This document shows positions 27,001 through 35,436 of a stretch of 64,000 nucleotides of DNA, piece after piece. Position 1 is the first letter of the stretch. Every line of letters begins with the position of its first letter. Below the pieces are notes generated by a model, which was given only the letters and a program-made list of their open reading frames with translations, searched no databases and was not told the origin of the DNA. The translations under genes were made by a program, and so were the position numbers. Where the stretch lies: assembly GCA_027315165.1 (NCBI GenBank), contig DAHUYN010000007.1, forward strand, positions 10,260 through 74,259, given 5' to 3'. Source of the stretch: Thermoplasmata archaeon. Lineage in GTDB: Archaea; Thermoplasmatota; Thermoplasmata; Lutacidiplasmatales; UBA184.

Positions 27001-27462
27001 TTCCGGCTCGAGGCCAAGAAGGAGCTCGGGGACAACTACAGCGAGGGGGCGTTCTGGGACTGGTGGAAGCGCCAGCCGACCTACCTCTCGTTCAGCCAGT
27101 ACCGGCTCCAGCAGTCGCAGGGGACGCGCGCCGGCATGAGCGCTCCGCAGGAGAGCACGACGACCTCGACGGAGGCCCCCACGGCCCCGACGACGGCCCG
27201 GCCGCCGCGAGGCGGCGGTGGGGCCGCGACCGCCGCCCCGATGCGGGCGCGACCCGCTGCCACCGCCCCGCCCGCGTCGACGACGGCCTCACGGAGCGCC
27301 CCGGCGACCGCGAGAGCGGCTCCGACGCCGGCCCCGGCGCCCGCGGCCCCGGCCCCGGCGGCCGCCTCCGGCGGCCCCGCGATGAAGCCGTGCTCGAACT
27401 GCGGCAAGGAGATCCCGCCGGACTACCTCGTCTGTCCGTTCTGCGGCGCGGTGACGCAGTAG
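24085..27462 (+). CDS. giant N-glycosylation-rich surface protein (beta-helix-like repeats) with one TM and a cytoplasmic tail carrying double zinc ribbons
   Basis: 1125 aa with a GTG start 26 nt after a TTTTTATA box. It has a signal peptide and about 840 aa of NxS/T-rich repeats (NVTLASSTLAF, NSTVSATY). The single TM is WILIAVAVLAGILAFLFLA. The cytoplasmic tail contains CGECG..CPQCG, CSRCG..CPEC and a terminal CSNCG..CPFCG. Confidence 0.65.
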   Translation: MDRFRRTLPTRGGTRPSSGRTLLPLLLGLLVLASLGLSFAAVPMARAGAVPSPPLAASVAPAATLHGDLIVSAANSPFVISPATTGSALYAQQGNVTVLAGGTLIVRGETLDFVQFVADTGTLANRVAHLYHFSVQGTVSLDNSTVTTDTGVINAYTKLLFNVSAGGNVTLASSTLAFPGWLEVSGAGASMTLENSAITPNAAISQLNENVSILGDTVYGPSISVSAGAALNLFNSTVSATYKDNLLSSGVPGPLPVTDAGHFALNVSGGQTLSSWPTPTDSENVSRAMLYPTFAGGTISLTYSSTSASVSTGSTFGFAGNTYALPTIAFAPGGGLVNLSLPANAVTALNAAGPLGWLEATGSFDQAGTIQLALATTGLASTVVVDSATVALTPVLSYNVTASGAGTTITAADSSLDLNWNLTPGTPVASGMPPTPWSSNKLLLSGGAAAFLASVTIPAGRSSVFFATSAVLPDASSSAYFYRWAAIPVTSNSGVAIPDAQATAFYSYDASQSSNATATALNNLASADPALATYVQLWDTVHGIPGYGQSGPNGDAYLLLASSVVAEPTLPDGTYLGGYHVALTLSGGGQGSTQWGYVSVMPYPIGMAPATPDVQAPFVYTNYVPALAFTSTSLVVNGQPEANATVAIGQVITFSSTVTNVGTGPVQSFTVNLSYVLPSPLVPHLVAPTQSFGPLAVGAQQTVSLSWVVNESVTGDHGYFHNNFVLTTSWNGGVAPNGGVATDTVSVRIAPALIAVAFTPPTGALSMNVGYPANGSVIFNGSGAAVVNITAVASDGTEYLLTSAAETSGSFNLPLYVLSNMPSGTYSIVINATYNDRSATATIPNSFTVAGAPAPATPFWQQKLLGLEVLYWILIAVAVLAGILAFLFLARRTARGKLVECGECGALIPENATQCPQCGAEFEQDLVRCSRCGATIPANSAVCPECAAQLLGSPDQEARDPERQGFADVVERFRLEAKKELGDNYSEGAFWDWWKRQPTYLSFSQYRLQQSQGTRAGMSAPQESTTTSTEAPTAPTTARPPRGGGGAATAAPMRARPAATAPPASTTASRSAPATARAAPTPAPAPAAPAPAAASGGPAMKPCSNCGKEIPPDYLVCPFCGAVTQ

Positions 27463-27476
27463 CGCGACCGCCGGTG

Positions 27477-27498
27477 CCGAGCGCGCGAGGGCGCTCGG
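27477..27498 (+). terminator. GC-rich hairpin (CCGAGCGC-gcgagg-GCGCTCGG) immediately after the giant surface-protein gene
   Basis: An 8-bp perfect stem with a 6-nt loop, 15 nt after the stop codon. No oligo-T tract follows, so its terminator function is uncertain. Confidence 0.25.
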
Positions 27499-27507
27499 TG
27501 CCCAACC

Positions 27508-27515
27508 CTTTAATC
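27508..27515 (+). promoter_or_regulatory. TATA-like box (CTTTAATC) upstream of ahcY
   Basis: Located 24 nt upstream of the ATG at 27539. It is preceded by a GC hairpin (27477..27498) that follows the upstream gene. Confidence 0.4.
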
Positions 27516-27538
27516 CCCCGTCGCTCACTTGCGGCGGG

Positions 27539-28774
27539 ATGACGGCGGGAGACCTCGCGCGCGGCCGGCTCAAGATCTCGTGGGCTCAAGATCACATGCG
27601 GATCCTCTCGGGGATCCGCGAGCGCTTCGAGAAGGAGCTCCCCCTCAAGGGGCTCACCGTCTCCTGCGTCCTGCACGTCGAGGCGAAGACCGCCGCCCTC
27701 GCGCTCGCGCTCCGCTCGGCCGGGGCCGAGGTGCACCTCGCGGCCGGCAACCCGCTCTCGACGGATGACGACGTCGTCGCCGCGCTCGTCGACAAGGGCG
27801 TCCACACGCTCGCCCGGAAGGGGGAGTCGACGGAGGAGTACCGGGCCGCGGTCCAGGCGATGCTCGCCGCCGACCCCGACGTGATCATCGACGACGGGGC
27901 CGACCTCGTCGCGCTCGCGACGACGGCGCGCGCGGACCGGGGCAAGATCCGCGGCTCCACCGAGGAGACGACGACGGGCGTGACGAGGCTGCGGGCGCTC
28001 GAGCGCTCGGGCCGCCTCCGCTTCCCGGCGATCGACGTCAACGACGCCGAGATGAAGCATCTCTTCGACAACCGCTACGGCTGCGGCCAGTCGGTCCTCG
28101 ACGGCATCTTCTCGGCGACGAACCTCCTCATCGCGGGCCGCGTGGCCGTCGTCGCCGGCTACGGCTGGTCCGGCAAGGGGATCGCCTCGAGGCTCCGCGG
28201 CCTCGGCGCCGACGTGATCGTGACCGAGGTCGACCCGGTCCGCGCCCTCGAGGCGCGGCTCGAGGGCTTCCGCGTGATGCCGATGCTCGACGCCGCGCGC
28301 GAGGCCGACCTCGTCGTCACGGTGACGGGGAACCGCGACATCGTCCGCCAAGAGCACTATCGCGTCATGAAGGACGGCTGCCTCCTCTCGAACGCCGGCC
28401 ACTTCGATGTCGAGATCTCCAAGCCCGACCTCGAGGGGCTCGCCGTCGCGCGGCGCATCGTGCGCCCCGGCGTCGAGGAGTTCACGTTCGCCGACGGCCG
28501 TCGCGTCCACCTGCTCGGCGAGGGCCGCCTCATCAACCTCGCCGCGGGCCAGGGACATCCCGTCGAGATCATGGACCTCAGCTTCTCGCTCCAGGCCCTC
28601 TGCGCCGAGCACGTCGCGCTCCACGGCTCCGAGCTCGAGCCTCGCGTCTACCCCGTCCCGCCCGAGATCGACCGGCGCGTCGCCTTCGCCGCGCTCGAGC
28701 CGCTCGGCGCGGCCCTCGAGACCGTGACCGAGGCGCAGCGTAAATACGCCGAGAGCTGGGAGGAGGGAACGTGA
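27539..28774 (+). CDS. ahcY: adenosylhomocysteinase
   Basis: 411 aa. SAH hydrolase NAD-domain and catalytic motifs (TTTGV, GYGWSGKG, HFDVEI). Confidence 0.9.
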   Translation: MTAGDLARGRLKISWAQDHMRILSGIRERFEKELPLKGLTVSCVLHVEAKTAALALALRSAGAEVHLAAGNPLSTDDDVVAALVDKGVHTLARKGESTEEYRAAVQAMLAADPDVIIDDGADLVALATTARADRGKIRGSTEETTTGVTRLRALERSGRLRFPAIDVNDAEMKHLFDNRYGCGQSVLDGIFSATNLLIAGRVAVVAGYGWSGKGIASRLRGLGADVIVTEVDPVRALEARLEGFRVMPMLDAAREADLVVTVTGNRDIVRQEHYRVMKDGCLLSNAGHFDVEISKPDLEGLAVARRIVRPGVEEFTFADGRRVHLLGEGRLINLAAGQGHPVEIMDLSFSLQALCAEHVALHGSELEPRVYPVPPEIDRRVAFAALEPLGAALETVTEAQRKYAESWEEGT

Positions 28775-29169
28775 GCGACGTCAAGCTGCCCGAGGAGCTG
28801 CGCTACACCAAGAGCCACGAGTGGGTGCGCCTCGAGGGCGACCTCGTCGTCATCGGGATCACCGACCACGCGCAGCAGGAGCTCACCGACATCGTCTTCG
28901 TCGACCTCCCCAAGGTCGGCGCGAACGTCGCCGAGGGGAAGCCCGCCCTCGTCCTCGAGTCGGTCAAGACCGTCGCCGACGTCTACGCGCCCGTCGCCGG
29001 GACCGTCGCCGAGGTGAACGGGGAGCTCGCCAAGCACCCCGAGCTCATCAACCAGGACCCGTACGGCCGCGGCTGGATCTACCGGCTCCGCCCGTCCGGC
29101 CCCGTCGCGCTCGACCGGTTCCTCGACGCCGCCGGCTACCGGACCCACGTCCTCGGCGCGGCCCACTAG
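28771..29169 (+). CDS. gcvH: glycine cleavage system H protein
   Basis: 132 aa with the lipoyl-lysine motif ESVKTV and an overall GcvH fold sequence. Overlaps the ahcY stop. Confidence 0.85.
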   Translation: MSDVKLPEELRYTKSHEWVRLEGDLVVIGITDHAQQELTDIVFVDLPKVGANVAEGKPALVLESVKTVADVYAPVAGTVAEVNGELAKHPELINQDPYGRGWIYRLRPSGPVALDRFLDAAGYRTHVLGAAH

Positions 29170-29180
29170 CGCGATCGGCG

Positions 29181-31091
29181 CTACCGGCCCTCGAAACGGG
29201 GACGGCGGCGCTCGAGGAACGCGCGCATCCCCTCCGTCCGGTCGGCCGTCGCGAAGGTGTGGCCCGCCGACTCGCCCTCGAGCCGGAGCGACCCATCGAG
29301 GGTCCCGTCGATCCCGCGGTTGATGACCGACTTCACCCAGGAGACCGCGAGAGGGGCTCGCGAGGCGATCGTCTCGGCGAGGGCCTGGGCGTCGGCGCGG
29401 GCGGTCGCGGCCGGCAGGACGCGCGTGACGATGCCGAGCTCGTGCGCCTCCGCGGCCGAGAACGGCTGCGCCGTGAAGATGACGAGCTTCGCGGCCGCGC
29501 GCCCGACGAGCCGCGTGAGGCGGCTCGCGCCGCCGAACCCGGGGTGGATCCCGACGGAGACCTCGGGGAGCCCGAGCTTGGCCGTGTCGGCGGCGAGGAG
29601 GAGGTCGGTCGACAGCGCGATCTCTAGGCCGCCCCCGAGGGCGAATCCCTCGACGAGCGAGAGCACCGGCGCCGGGAACTCCTCGATCGCCTTGCACACT
29701 TCTTGGCCCTGGAAGCCGAACGCGCGGCCCTCGACGACGGTCTTCGTCGCCATCTCGGCGATGTCGGCCCCGGCGGAGAAGTAGGGCCCCGCGCCCGCGA
29801 GGACGACGGCGCGCACGCTCGGGTCCTCTCGTAGGGCCGCGAACGTCGCGCCCAGCTGTCGGACGACCTCACCGTTGAGGGAGTTCATCACCGCGGGACG
29901 GTCGAGAAGGACCCAGGTGACGCCGTTGCGGCTCTCCGTCCGCACGTAGCGGATCGGCCATCGGGCCTCCGAGGCCCCGGCGCGGCGGACGAGCTCCGCC
30001 GAGATCGGGAACGCCTCGGGACCGTAGCGGCGGCCGAACTCCCGGACGCGCTCGAGCCCGGCGACGACGCCGACCTCGTTGAGGAGCGCGAACGGACCCT
30101 TCGTCCACCGCAGGCCGACGAGCGCGCCCGTCTCGACCGCCTCGGCCGTGGCCCCGCCCTCCTCGACAAGGCGGGTGGCGATGCCGATCAAAAGGCCCTC
30201 GAACCGCGCCTTCACTAGGCCGACGCGCTCCGGCTCGACCTGGCCGTCGCGCCAGGCCCACGGCTTGGCGGCCGCGACCTGCTCCTCGAGCATCTCCGCG
30301 GGCTCGTAGGCGGGCCCGAACGCCGCCTCGAGGGATTCCATCGCGTGGAGCGCGATCGGGAGCCCGGTGAGGTTCATCACCTCGAACGGCCCGTTCGTCG
30401 AGCCGGTGAGGTCGCGTCCGACGCTCTCGATCGTGGCGAGCGACGCGACCCCCTCCTCCGCCAGGCGGACGGCCTCGTTCATGAACGGGACGAAGAAGCG
30501 GTTCACCGCGAAGCCGGGCGAATCCGCGACGGCGATCGGGACCTTCCGCAGCCGGTAGCCGAACGCCTCGAGGACGCCGAGCGTCTCGGGGTCCGTCGTC
30601 TCGCCCCCGACGATCTCGAGCAGCTTGTTCACCGCCGCCGGGTAGAAGAAGTGCAGTCCGGCGAACCGCGCCGGCTCCGGGAGCTCTCGCGCGAGGCGCG
30701 TCACCGAGAGCGACGAGGTGTTCGTCGCGACGATCGCCTCCGGGTCGAGGAGCGGCCCGACCTCGCGGAACAGGGCCTGCTTGACCTTCTCCTCCTCGAA
30801 GACGGCCTCGATGACGAGCCGCGCCCCGCGGAGCGCTTGCGCGAGGTCGGTCGTGAAGGTGATGCGGCCGAGGACCTCGGCCCGCTGGGCCTCGGTCATC
30901 TTCTGGCGCTGCACGGCGCCGTCGAGGGTGCGCTCGAGCAGCGAGCGGCCCCGGGCCAGCTGCGCCTCGGTCAGGTCCCGGACGACGACCGGGAACCCGG
31001 CCTGCGCGGCGGACTGGGCGATCCCGTTGCCCATGTTGCCCGATCCGAGGACGGCGATGCGGTGCGGAGGGTGCAGCTGCTCCAACTTCAT
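29181..31091 (-). CDS. fused 3-hydroxyacyl-CoA dehydrogenase / enoyl-CoA hydratase
   Basis: 636 aa. The N-terminal NAD-binding HCDH region is VLGSGNMGNGIAQ, and the C-terminal half is crotonase fold. The domain order is HCDH then ECH, as in archaeal fused beta-oxidation/3HP-4HB-type enzymes. Confidence 0.85.
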   Translation of the reverse strand: MKLEQLHPPHRIAVLGSGNMGNGIAQSAAQAGFPVVVRDLTEAQLARGRSLLERTLDGAVQRQKMTEAQRAEVLGRITFTTDLAQALRGARLVIEAVFEEEKVKQALFREVGPLLDPEAIVATNTSSLSVTRLARELPEPARFAGLHFFYPAAVNKLLEIVGGETTDPETLGVLEAFGYRLRKVPIAVADSPGFAVNRFFVPFMNEAVRLAEEGVASLATIESVGRDLTGSTNGPFEVMNLTGLPIALHAMESLEAAFGPAYEPAEMLEEQVAAAKPWAWRDGQVEPERVGLVKARFEGLLIGIATRLVEEGGATAEAVETGALVGLRWTKGPFALLNEVGVVAGLERVREFGRRYGPEAFPISAELVRRAGASEARWPIRYVRTESRNGVTWVLLDRPAVMNSLNGEVVRQLGATFAALREDPSVRAVVLAGAGPYFSAGADIAEMATKTVVEGRAFGFQGQEVCKAIEEFPAPVLSLVEGFALGGGLEIALSTDLLLAADTAKLGLPEVSVGIHPGFGGASRLTRLVGRAAAKLVIFTAQPFSAAEAHELGIVTRVLPAATARADAQALAETIASRAPLAVSWVKSVINRGIDGTLDGSLRLEGESAGHTFATADRTEGMRAFLERRRPRFEGR

Positions 31092-31206
31092 GGGGACGTT
31101 CCGAGGCTTTTGGCCGGTCGCCCCACTCGGGCACGGGTCTTAATCCTTCACTCGTGCGACGGCGGCGCAGGGCAAGGGTCCTAAGCGGGCGGGGGTACCG
31201 CGCCCC

Positions 31207-32076
31207 GTGACCCCGACCCTCCCGGAGCCCGCGACCCTCGCCCGGCTCCATCGCGCCTTCGTCGTCGCGCTCGGCGGCTACGCGCTCGAGTTCGCGGGCG
31301 GCGTCCTCGTGACGCACGAGCGGATCCCCGTCCCGATCTTCAACTTCGTCGACGAGGTCTCCGTCGCCGCCGAGCGGCAGACCGCCTTCTTCGAGCGGGC
31401 CCTCGACCACTACTTCCAGCGGGCGCTCCGCCCGGCGTTCCGGGTGGTGCCGCCGGTCGCCGACCACGTCGACCGGACGCTCCGCCGCTTCGGCTTCCGG
31501 CCCTCTCCCGAGCCGAGGGTCGTCCTCGTCGCCGAGCGGGGAACGGGGGGCCCCGAGGTCCCGGCCGACGTCGACGTGCGTCGGGCGGGCGACGCGGAGG
31601 TCGCTCAGGTCGCCGCCTTCTGGACCCACGACCGCGAGCGGGACGAGTTCCTGAGGTCCCTCGAGGTCGCGACGGGCCACCCGAACCCCGGAGAGCGGCT
31701 CGTCCCCGTCCTCGCGCGGCGGTCGGGCGCGCCCGTCGCCGCGGCGCTCGTCTTCACGAGGGGGAGCCTCGCCGAAATCCACGCCGTCTCGACGAGCCCC
31801 GCCGAGCGGGGCCAGGGCGTCGCGACGCACGTGGTGCGACGCCTCCTCAACGGGCCCGAGTCCGAGGGGGCGACGCACGTCGCGATCGCCTCGACGACGC
31901 CGAGGCTCTCGAGACGCCTCGCGCCGCTCGGGTTCACCGAGGCGATGCGCCAGGTCGAGTACGTCCTGCCGGCGGACGCGAGGCTCGAGCTCCCCGACCC
32001 GGGTCCTCCGACACCGCCCCGATGGCGGCCGCCCCGATCGCCTAGTCGCGCCCGCGCCGGACCTGGTCGAGCTTGA
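31207..32076 (+). CDS. GNAT-family acetyltransferase-like protein
   Basis: 289 aa. The C-terminal half has a GNAT acetyl-CoA-binding pattern (VSTSPAERGQGVATHVV). The N-terminal half is uncharacterised. The 3' end overlaps ppsA (convergent). Confidence 0.55.
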   Translation: MTPTLPEPATLARLHRAFVVALGGYALEFAGGVLVTHERIPVPIFNFVDEVSVAAERQTAFFERALDHYFQRALRPAFRVVPPVADHVDRTLRRFGFRPSPEPRVVLVAERGTGGPEVPADVDVRRAGDAEVAQVAAFWTHDRERDEFLRSLEVATGHPNPGERLVPVLARRSGAPVAAALVFTRGSLAEIHAVSTSPAERGQGVATHVVRRLLNGPESEGATHVAIASTTPRLSRRLAPLGFTEAMRQVEYVLPADARLELPDPGPPTPPRWRPPRSPSRARAGPGRA

Positions 32077-34408
32077 GCCGCTGCTCGAGCGAGGCGATCG
32101 TGCGGATCGTCGACAGCACGGTGTCGTGGTTCAGCGAGATCGAGTCGATCCCCTTCCGCACGAGGAACTCGGCGAACTCGGGGTAGACGCTCGGCCCCTG
32201 GCCGCAGATGCCGACGGTGCGGCCCTCCGCGTGCGCCCCCTCGATGAGCATCTCGATCGCCTTGAGGACCGCCGGGTCCCGCTCGTCGAAGTAGCCCATC
32301 CGGCCGAGCGTCTCCGAGTCCCGGTCGGCGCCGAGCACGAGCTGCGTGAGGTCGTTCGAGCCGATCGAGAAGCCGTCGCAGTGCTGAGAGAACTCGCGGG
32401 CGAGGAGCACCGTCGACGGCACCTCGGCCATGAGGTAGAGCTGGAAGTCGCGGGAGCGGCGCAGCCCCTTGTCCCGGAGCATCTGGGCGATCTCCTCGAG
32501 CTCCCAGGTGTTGCGGACGAACGGGAGCATCACGTGCGCGTTCTTGAGACCCCGCTCGGTCCGGACCCGGTGGATCGCCTCGAGCTCGAGCAGGAAGGCG
32601 GGCCGGTAGACCGGGGAGATGTAGCGAGAGCAGCCCCGCCACCCGATCATCGGGTTCTCCTCCTGGGGCTCGTACGGCTCGCCGCCCGGCATCCCGCGGT
32701 ACTCGTTCGTCTTGAAGTCGGAGGTCCGGATGATGACGGGCCGCGGGTGGAACGCCTGGCAGACCTGCGCGAGGCCGTCCGCGAGCCGTTCGACGAGCTC
32801 GGCGGAGCGTCCCGCCTTGATCAAGGCCAGCGGATGCTCGCGCACGTGCGCGGTGAAGATGAACTCGATCCGCAGCAGGCCCACGCCCTGGACCGGGAGG
32901 CGGGCGTACTCGGCGGCCTTCTCGGGGACGCCGACGTTGACGTAGATCTTCGTCGCGGTGACCGGTGCCCCGTGGTGGCTCGAGTCGGCCCCCGCCGAGC
33001 CGCCCGTCGCGGCCGGCGGCGGCGTCGCGGCCCGGGCCTTCTCGAGGCCCTTGTAGACGTGTCCCGTCTTCCCGTCGACCGAGACCTCGGAGCCGTCGGC
33101 GATCGCCTTCGTGGCCGTCCGGGTGCCGACGACGCAGGGGACCCCGAGCTCCCGCGAGACGATCGCCGCGTGACAGGTTATCCCGCCCTCGTCGGTGACG
33201 ATCGCCGCCGCCCGGGTCATCGCCGGGACCATGTCGGGCGTCGTCATCGTCGTCACGAGGACCTCGCCCGGCTTCAGCCGGTCGAGCTCGGCGGCGGCGA
33301 GGAGGAGACGGGCCGTCCCGCCCGCGATCCCCGGGCTCGCCCCGAACCCCTTGACGAGCGGTCCCGGCGAGGACGAGGAGCCGCCCGAGGCCCGTGCCGG
33401 GGCGACCGCGGCCGGCGCGGAGGCGCCGGCCCCCGAGCCGGGGGAGGTACCCGAGGGGAGCGTCGTCACGGGCCGGGCCTGGACGATGTAGAGCGACTTC
33501 GCATCGGCGCACCACTCGACGTCCATCGGGCGACGGTAGCGCGACTCGATCACGCGGGCGAGCGACGCGAGCCTCAGGATCCGCTCGTCCGGGAGCTTCT
33601 GGACTCCCCGCTCGGCGGCCGGCACCGGCTCGCGGAGGTTCCCGCCCCCCTCGGCGCGGACGAGCCGGACGGACTGCTCGGAGAGCTGTTTCTGGACGAT
33701 CTGCTGGGTCGCGCCGTCGACGACGTAGTGGTCGGGCGTGACCTCGCCGCCGACGATCGCCTCGCCGAGCCCCCAGCCCGCCTCGATGATCATGTGGTTC
33801 TCACCCGTGTTGGGGTCGCGCGTGAAGAGGATGCCGCTCACGACGGAGTTGACCATCTTCTGGACGAGCACCGCGAGCCGGACGGTCGAGTGGTCGAAGC
33901 CCTTGCGCGCGCGGTAGACGAGGACGCGGGGCGTGAACAGCGAGCCCCAGCACCGTCGGATCGCCGCGAGGACCTCGTCCGTGCCGGCGACGTTGAGGTA
34001 GGTCTCCTGGAGCCCGGCGAACGAGGCCCCCTCGAGGTCCTCCGCGGTCGCCGACGAGCGGACGGCGGAGAACTCGACCTCGTGACGACGCGCGTACGCC
34101 TCGAAGGCGCCCGCGACGGCGGTGCGGAGCTCGTCCGGGAACTCCGTCGACTCGAAGGCGTCGCGGATGCGTCGCGAGACGGCGTCGACGCTCTCCGGTC
34201 GCTGGAGGTCGAGGGTCGCGAGCGCGTTCGGGATCTCCAGCTTGAGCACCGTCGCGTCAACGAACGCCTGGTAGGTCTCCGTCGTCACGACGACGCCGGG
34301 GGGGACGGGCAGCCCCTGGCGGATCATCTCACCGAGCTTGCCGGCCTTCCCTCCGACGAGGGGGAGGTCGGCGTCCGAGACGTCGGCGAGGTCGACGACG
34401 AGCGCCAC
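32042..34408 (-). CDS. ppsA: phosphoenolpyruvate synthase (pyruvate, water dikinase)
   Basis: PEP-utilizing enzyme mobile domain with catalytic His (GGITCHAAIVSRELGVPCVVG), an N-terminal ATP-grasp region and a C-terminal PEP-binding TIM barrel. The GTG start at 34408 sits 8 nt downstream of the trm5 stop; the longest ORF extends to 34501. Confidence 0.85.
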   Translation of the reverse strand: MALVVDLADVSDADLPLVGGKAGKLGEMIRQGLPVPPGVVVTTETYQAFVDATVLKLEIPNALATLDLQRPESVDAVSRRIRDAFESTEFPDELRTAVAGAFEAYARRHEVEFSAVRSSATAEDLEGASFAGLQETYLNVAGTDEVLAAIRRCWGSLFTPRVLVYRARKGFDHSTVRLAVLVQKMVNSVVSGILFTRDPNTGENHMIIEAGWGLGEAIVGGEVTPDHYVVDGATQQIVQKQLSEQSVRLVRAEGGGNLREPVPAAERGVQKLPDERILRLASLARVIESRYRRPMDVEWCADAKSLYIVQARPVTTLPSGTSPGSGAGASAPAAVAPARASGGSSSSPGPLVKGFGASPGIAGGTARLLLAAAELDRLKPGEVLVTTMTTPDMVPAMTRAAAIVTDEGGITCHAAIVSRELGVPCVVGTRTATKAIADGSEVSVDGKTGHVYKGLEKARAATPPPAATGGSAGADSSHHGAPVTATKIYVNVGVPEKAAEYARLPVQGVGLLRIEFIFTAHVREHPLALIKAGRSAELVERLADGLAQVCQAFHPRPVIIRTSDFKTNEYRGMPGGEPYEPQEENPMIGWRGCSRYISPVYRPAFLLELEAIHRVRTERGLKNAHVMLPFVRNTWELEEIAQMLRDKGLRRSRDFQLYLMAEVPSTVLLAREFSQHCDGFSIGSNDLTQLVLGADRDSETLGRMGYFDERDPAVLKAIEMLIEGAHAEGRTVGICGQGPSVYPEFAEFLVRKGIDSISLNHDTVLSTIRTIASLEQRLKLDQVRRGRD

Positions 34409-34416
34409 CGACCCCC

Positions 34417-35436
34417 CTAGCTCCGACGCTCGAAGGTGTAGGCGACGAGGTCGGCCTTCGGGGAGTACGGATGGACGGTGTGGCGCTCCTGCAGCACCCA
34501 CGCGCCGACGCCGCCCAGACGGGCGGTCAGCTCGTCGGGCCGAGCGTCGGCACCGCCTCGCTCGGTGACCTCGTAGTAGTGGAACCGCCCGCCAAGCTCC
34601 ACGGCGGTTCCGACCGATGCGAGGTACTTAATCCCTTCGTGGGGGAGATTGAGGATGACGGTCCGGGCGAGACCCGGCGCCTCTAGGAACGCCGCGACGT
34701 CCCCCTCAACGGGACGCACGATCGCGCCGACGCCGAGGCGGGCGACGTTCTCCTCGAGGAGCCGGATCGCCTCGGGGTTCGAGTCGACGGCGACGACCTC
34801 CCGGGCGAGCCCGGCGGTCGCGACCGTCAGCGCGAACGGGCCGACCCCGCAGCAGAGGTCGAGGACCCGGGCGCCTCGCGGGACCTGTCCGGCCACGAGG
34901 CAGTGCTCTCGGGCGAGTCGGGGCGAGAAGTAGGCCCGCTCGAGGTCGACCACGAGGGAGAGGCCGTTCTCCTTGTGGCGGGTCCGCCACGGCCCCACGC
35001 CCGCGAGCCGGACCAGGCGCCGCTGGCGGGCGGTGCCGTGGACGCCCTCGTCGAGGCCCACGACACGCGCCCCGGGGACGAACCGGAGCAGGGCGTCGCC
35101 GATCTCCCGCCCGTGGGCCACGAGCTCGTCGGGGAGTCGCACGAGCACGACGTCCCCGATCACGTCGAAGGAACGCGGCAGCTTCTCCGCGAGCTCGGCC
35201 GGCAGCGACAGCAGGTCGTGGTAGCTGCGCGGGCCGCGCGCGGCGTACCGGGGGAACTCGGCCTCGACGAGCCGTCCCGCGGCGGGGGGCTCGAGAGGGA
35301 CGTCGACGAGCGGGAAGACGACCTCCGCCCCCTCGTGCCCGACGCCGAGCTCGGTCGAGAGGAGGCGGTGGTCCCGCAGGAAGCGGCGCACGCCCTCCGC
35401 CTCGTCGCGAGCGACCCGCCAGCCGGGGGCCTTCAT
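34417..35436 (-). CDS. trm5: tRNA (guanine37-N1)-methyltransferase Trm5 / Taw2-like class I SAM methyltransferase
   Basis: Real start MKAPGWRVARDE (ATG at 35436) inside ORF 34417..35619. Met-10-like domain with the SAM motif VLDLCCGVGPFAL and the NLP motif ILNLPHEG. Confidence 0.75.
   Translation of the reverse strand: MKAPGWRVARDEAEGVRRFLRDHRLLSTELGVGHEGAEVVFPLVDVPLEPPAAGRLVEAEFPRYAARGPRSYHDLLSLPAELAEKLPRSFDVIGDVVLVRLPDELVAHGREIGDALLRFVPGARVVGLDEGVHGTARQRRLVRLAGVGPWRTRHKENGLSLVVDLERAYFSPRLAREHCLVAGQVPRGARVLDLCCGVGPFALTVATAGLAREVVAVDSNPEAIRLLEENVARLGVGAIVRPVEGDVAAFLEAPGLARTVILNLPHEGIKYLASVGTAVELGGRFHYYEVTERGGADARPDELTARLGGVGAWVLQERHTVHPYSPKADLVAYTFERRS

Noticed and set aside
24073-28624. 724-aa, 669-aa, 351-aa and 510-aa ORFs in other frames across the giant surface-protein gene and ahcY
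   Set aside because: These are R/G/D/E-rich junk. The chosen frame has a signal peptide, a TM, sequons and zinc ribbons.
31605-34420. 636-aa minus-strand and 764-aa plus-strand ORFs overlapping ppsA
   Set aside because: Arg/Gly/Asp-rich junk frames. The ppsA frame carries the PEP-utilizing His motif and a full PpsA-length match.
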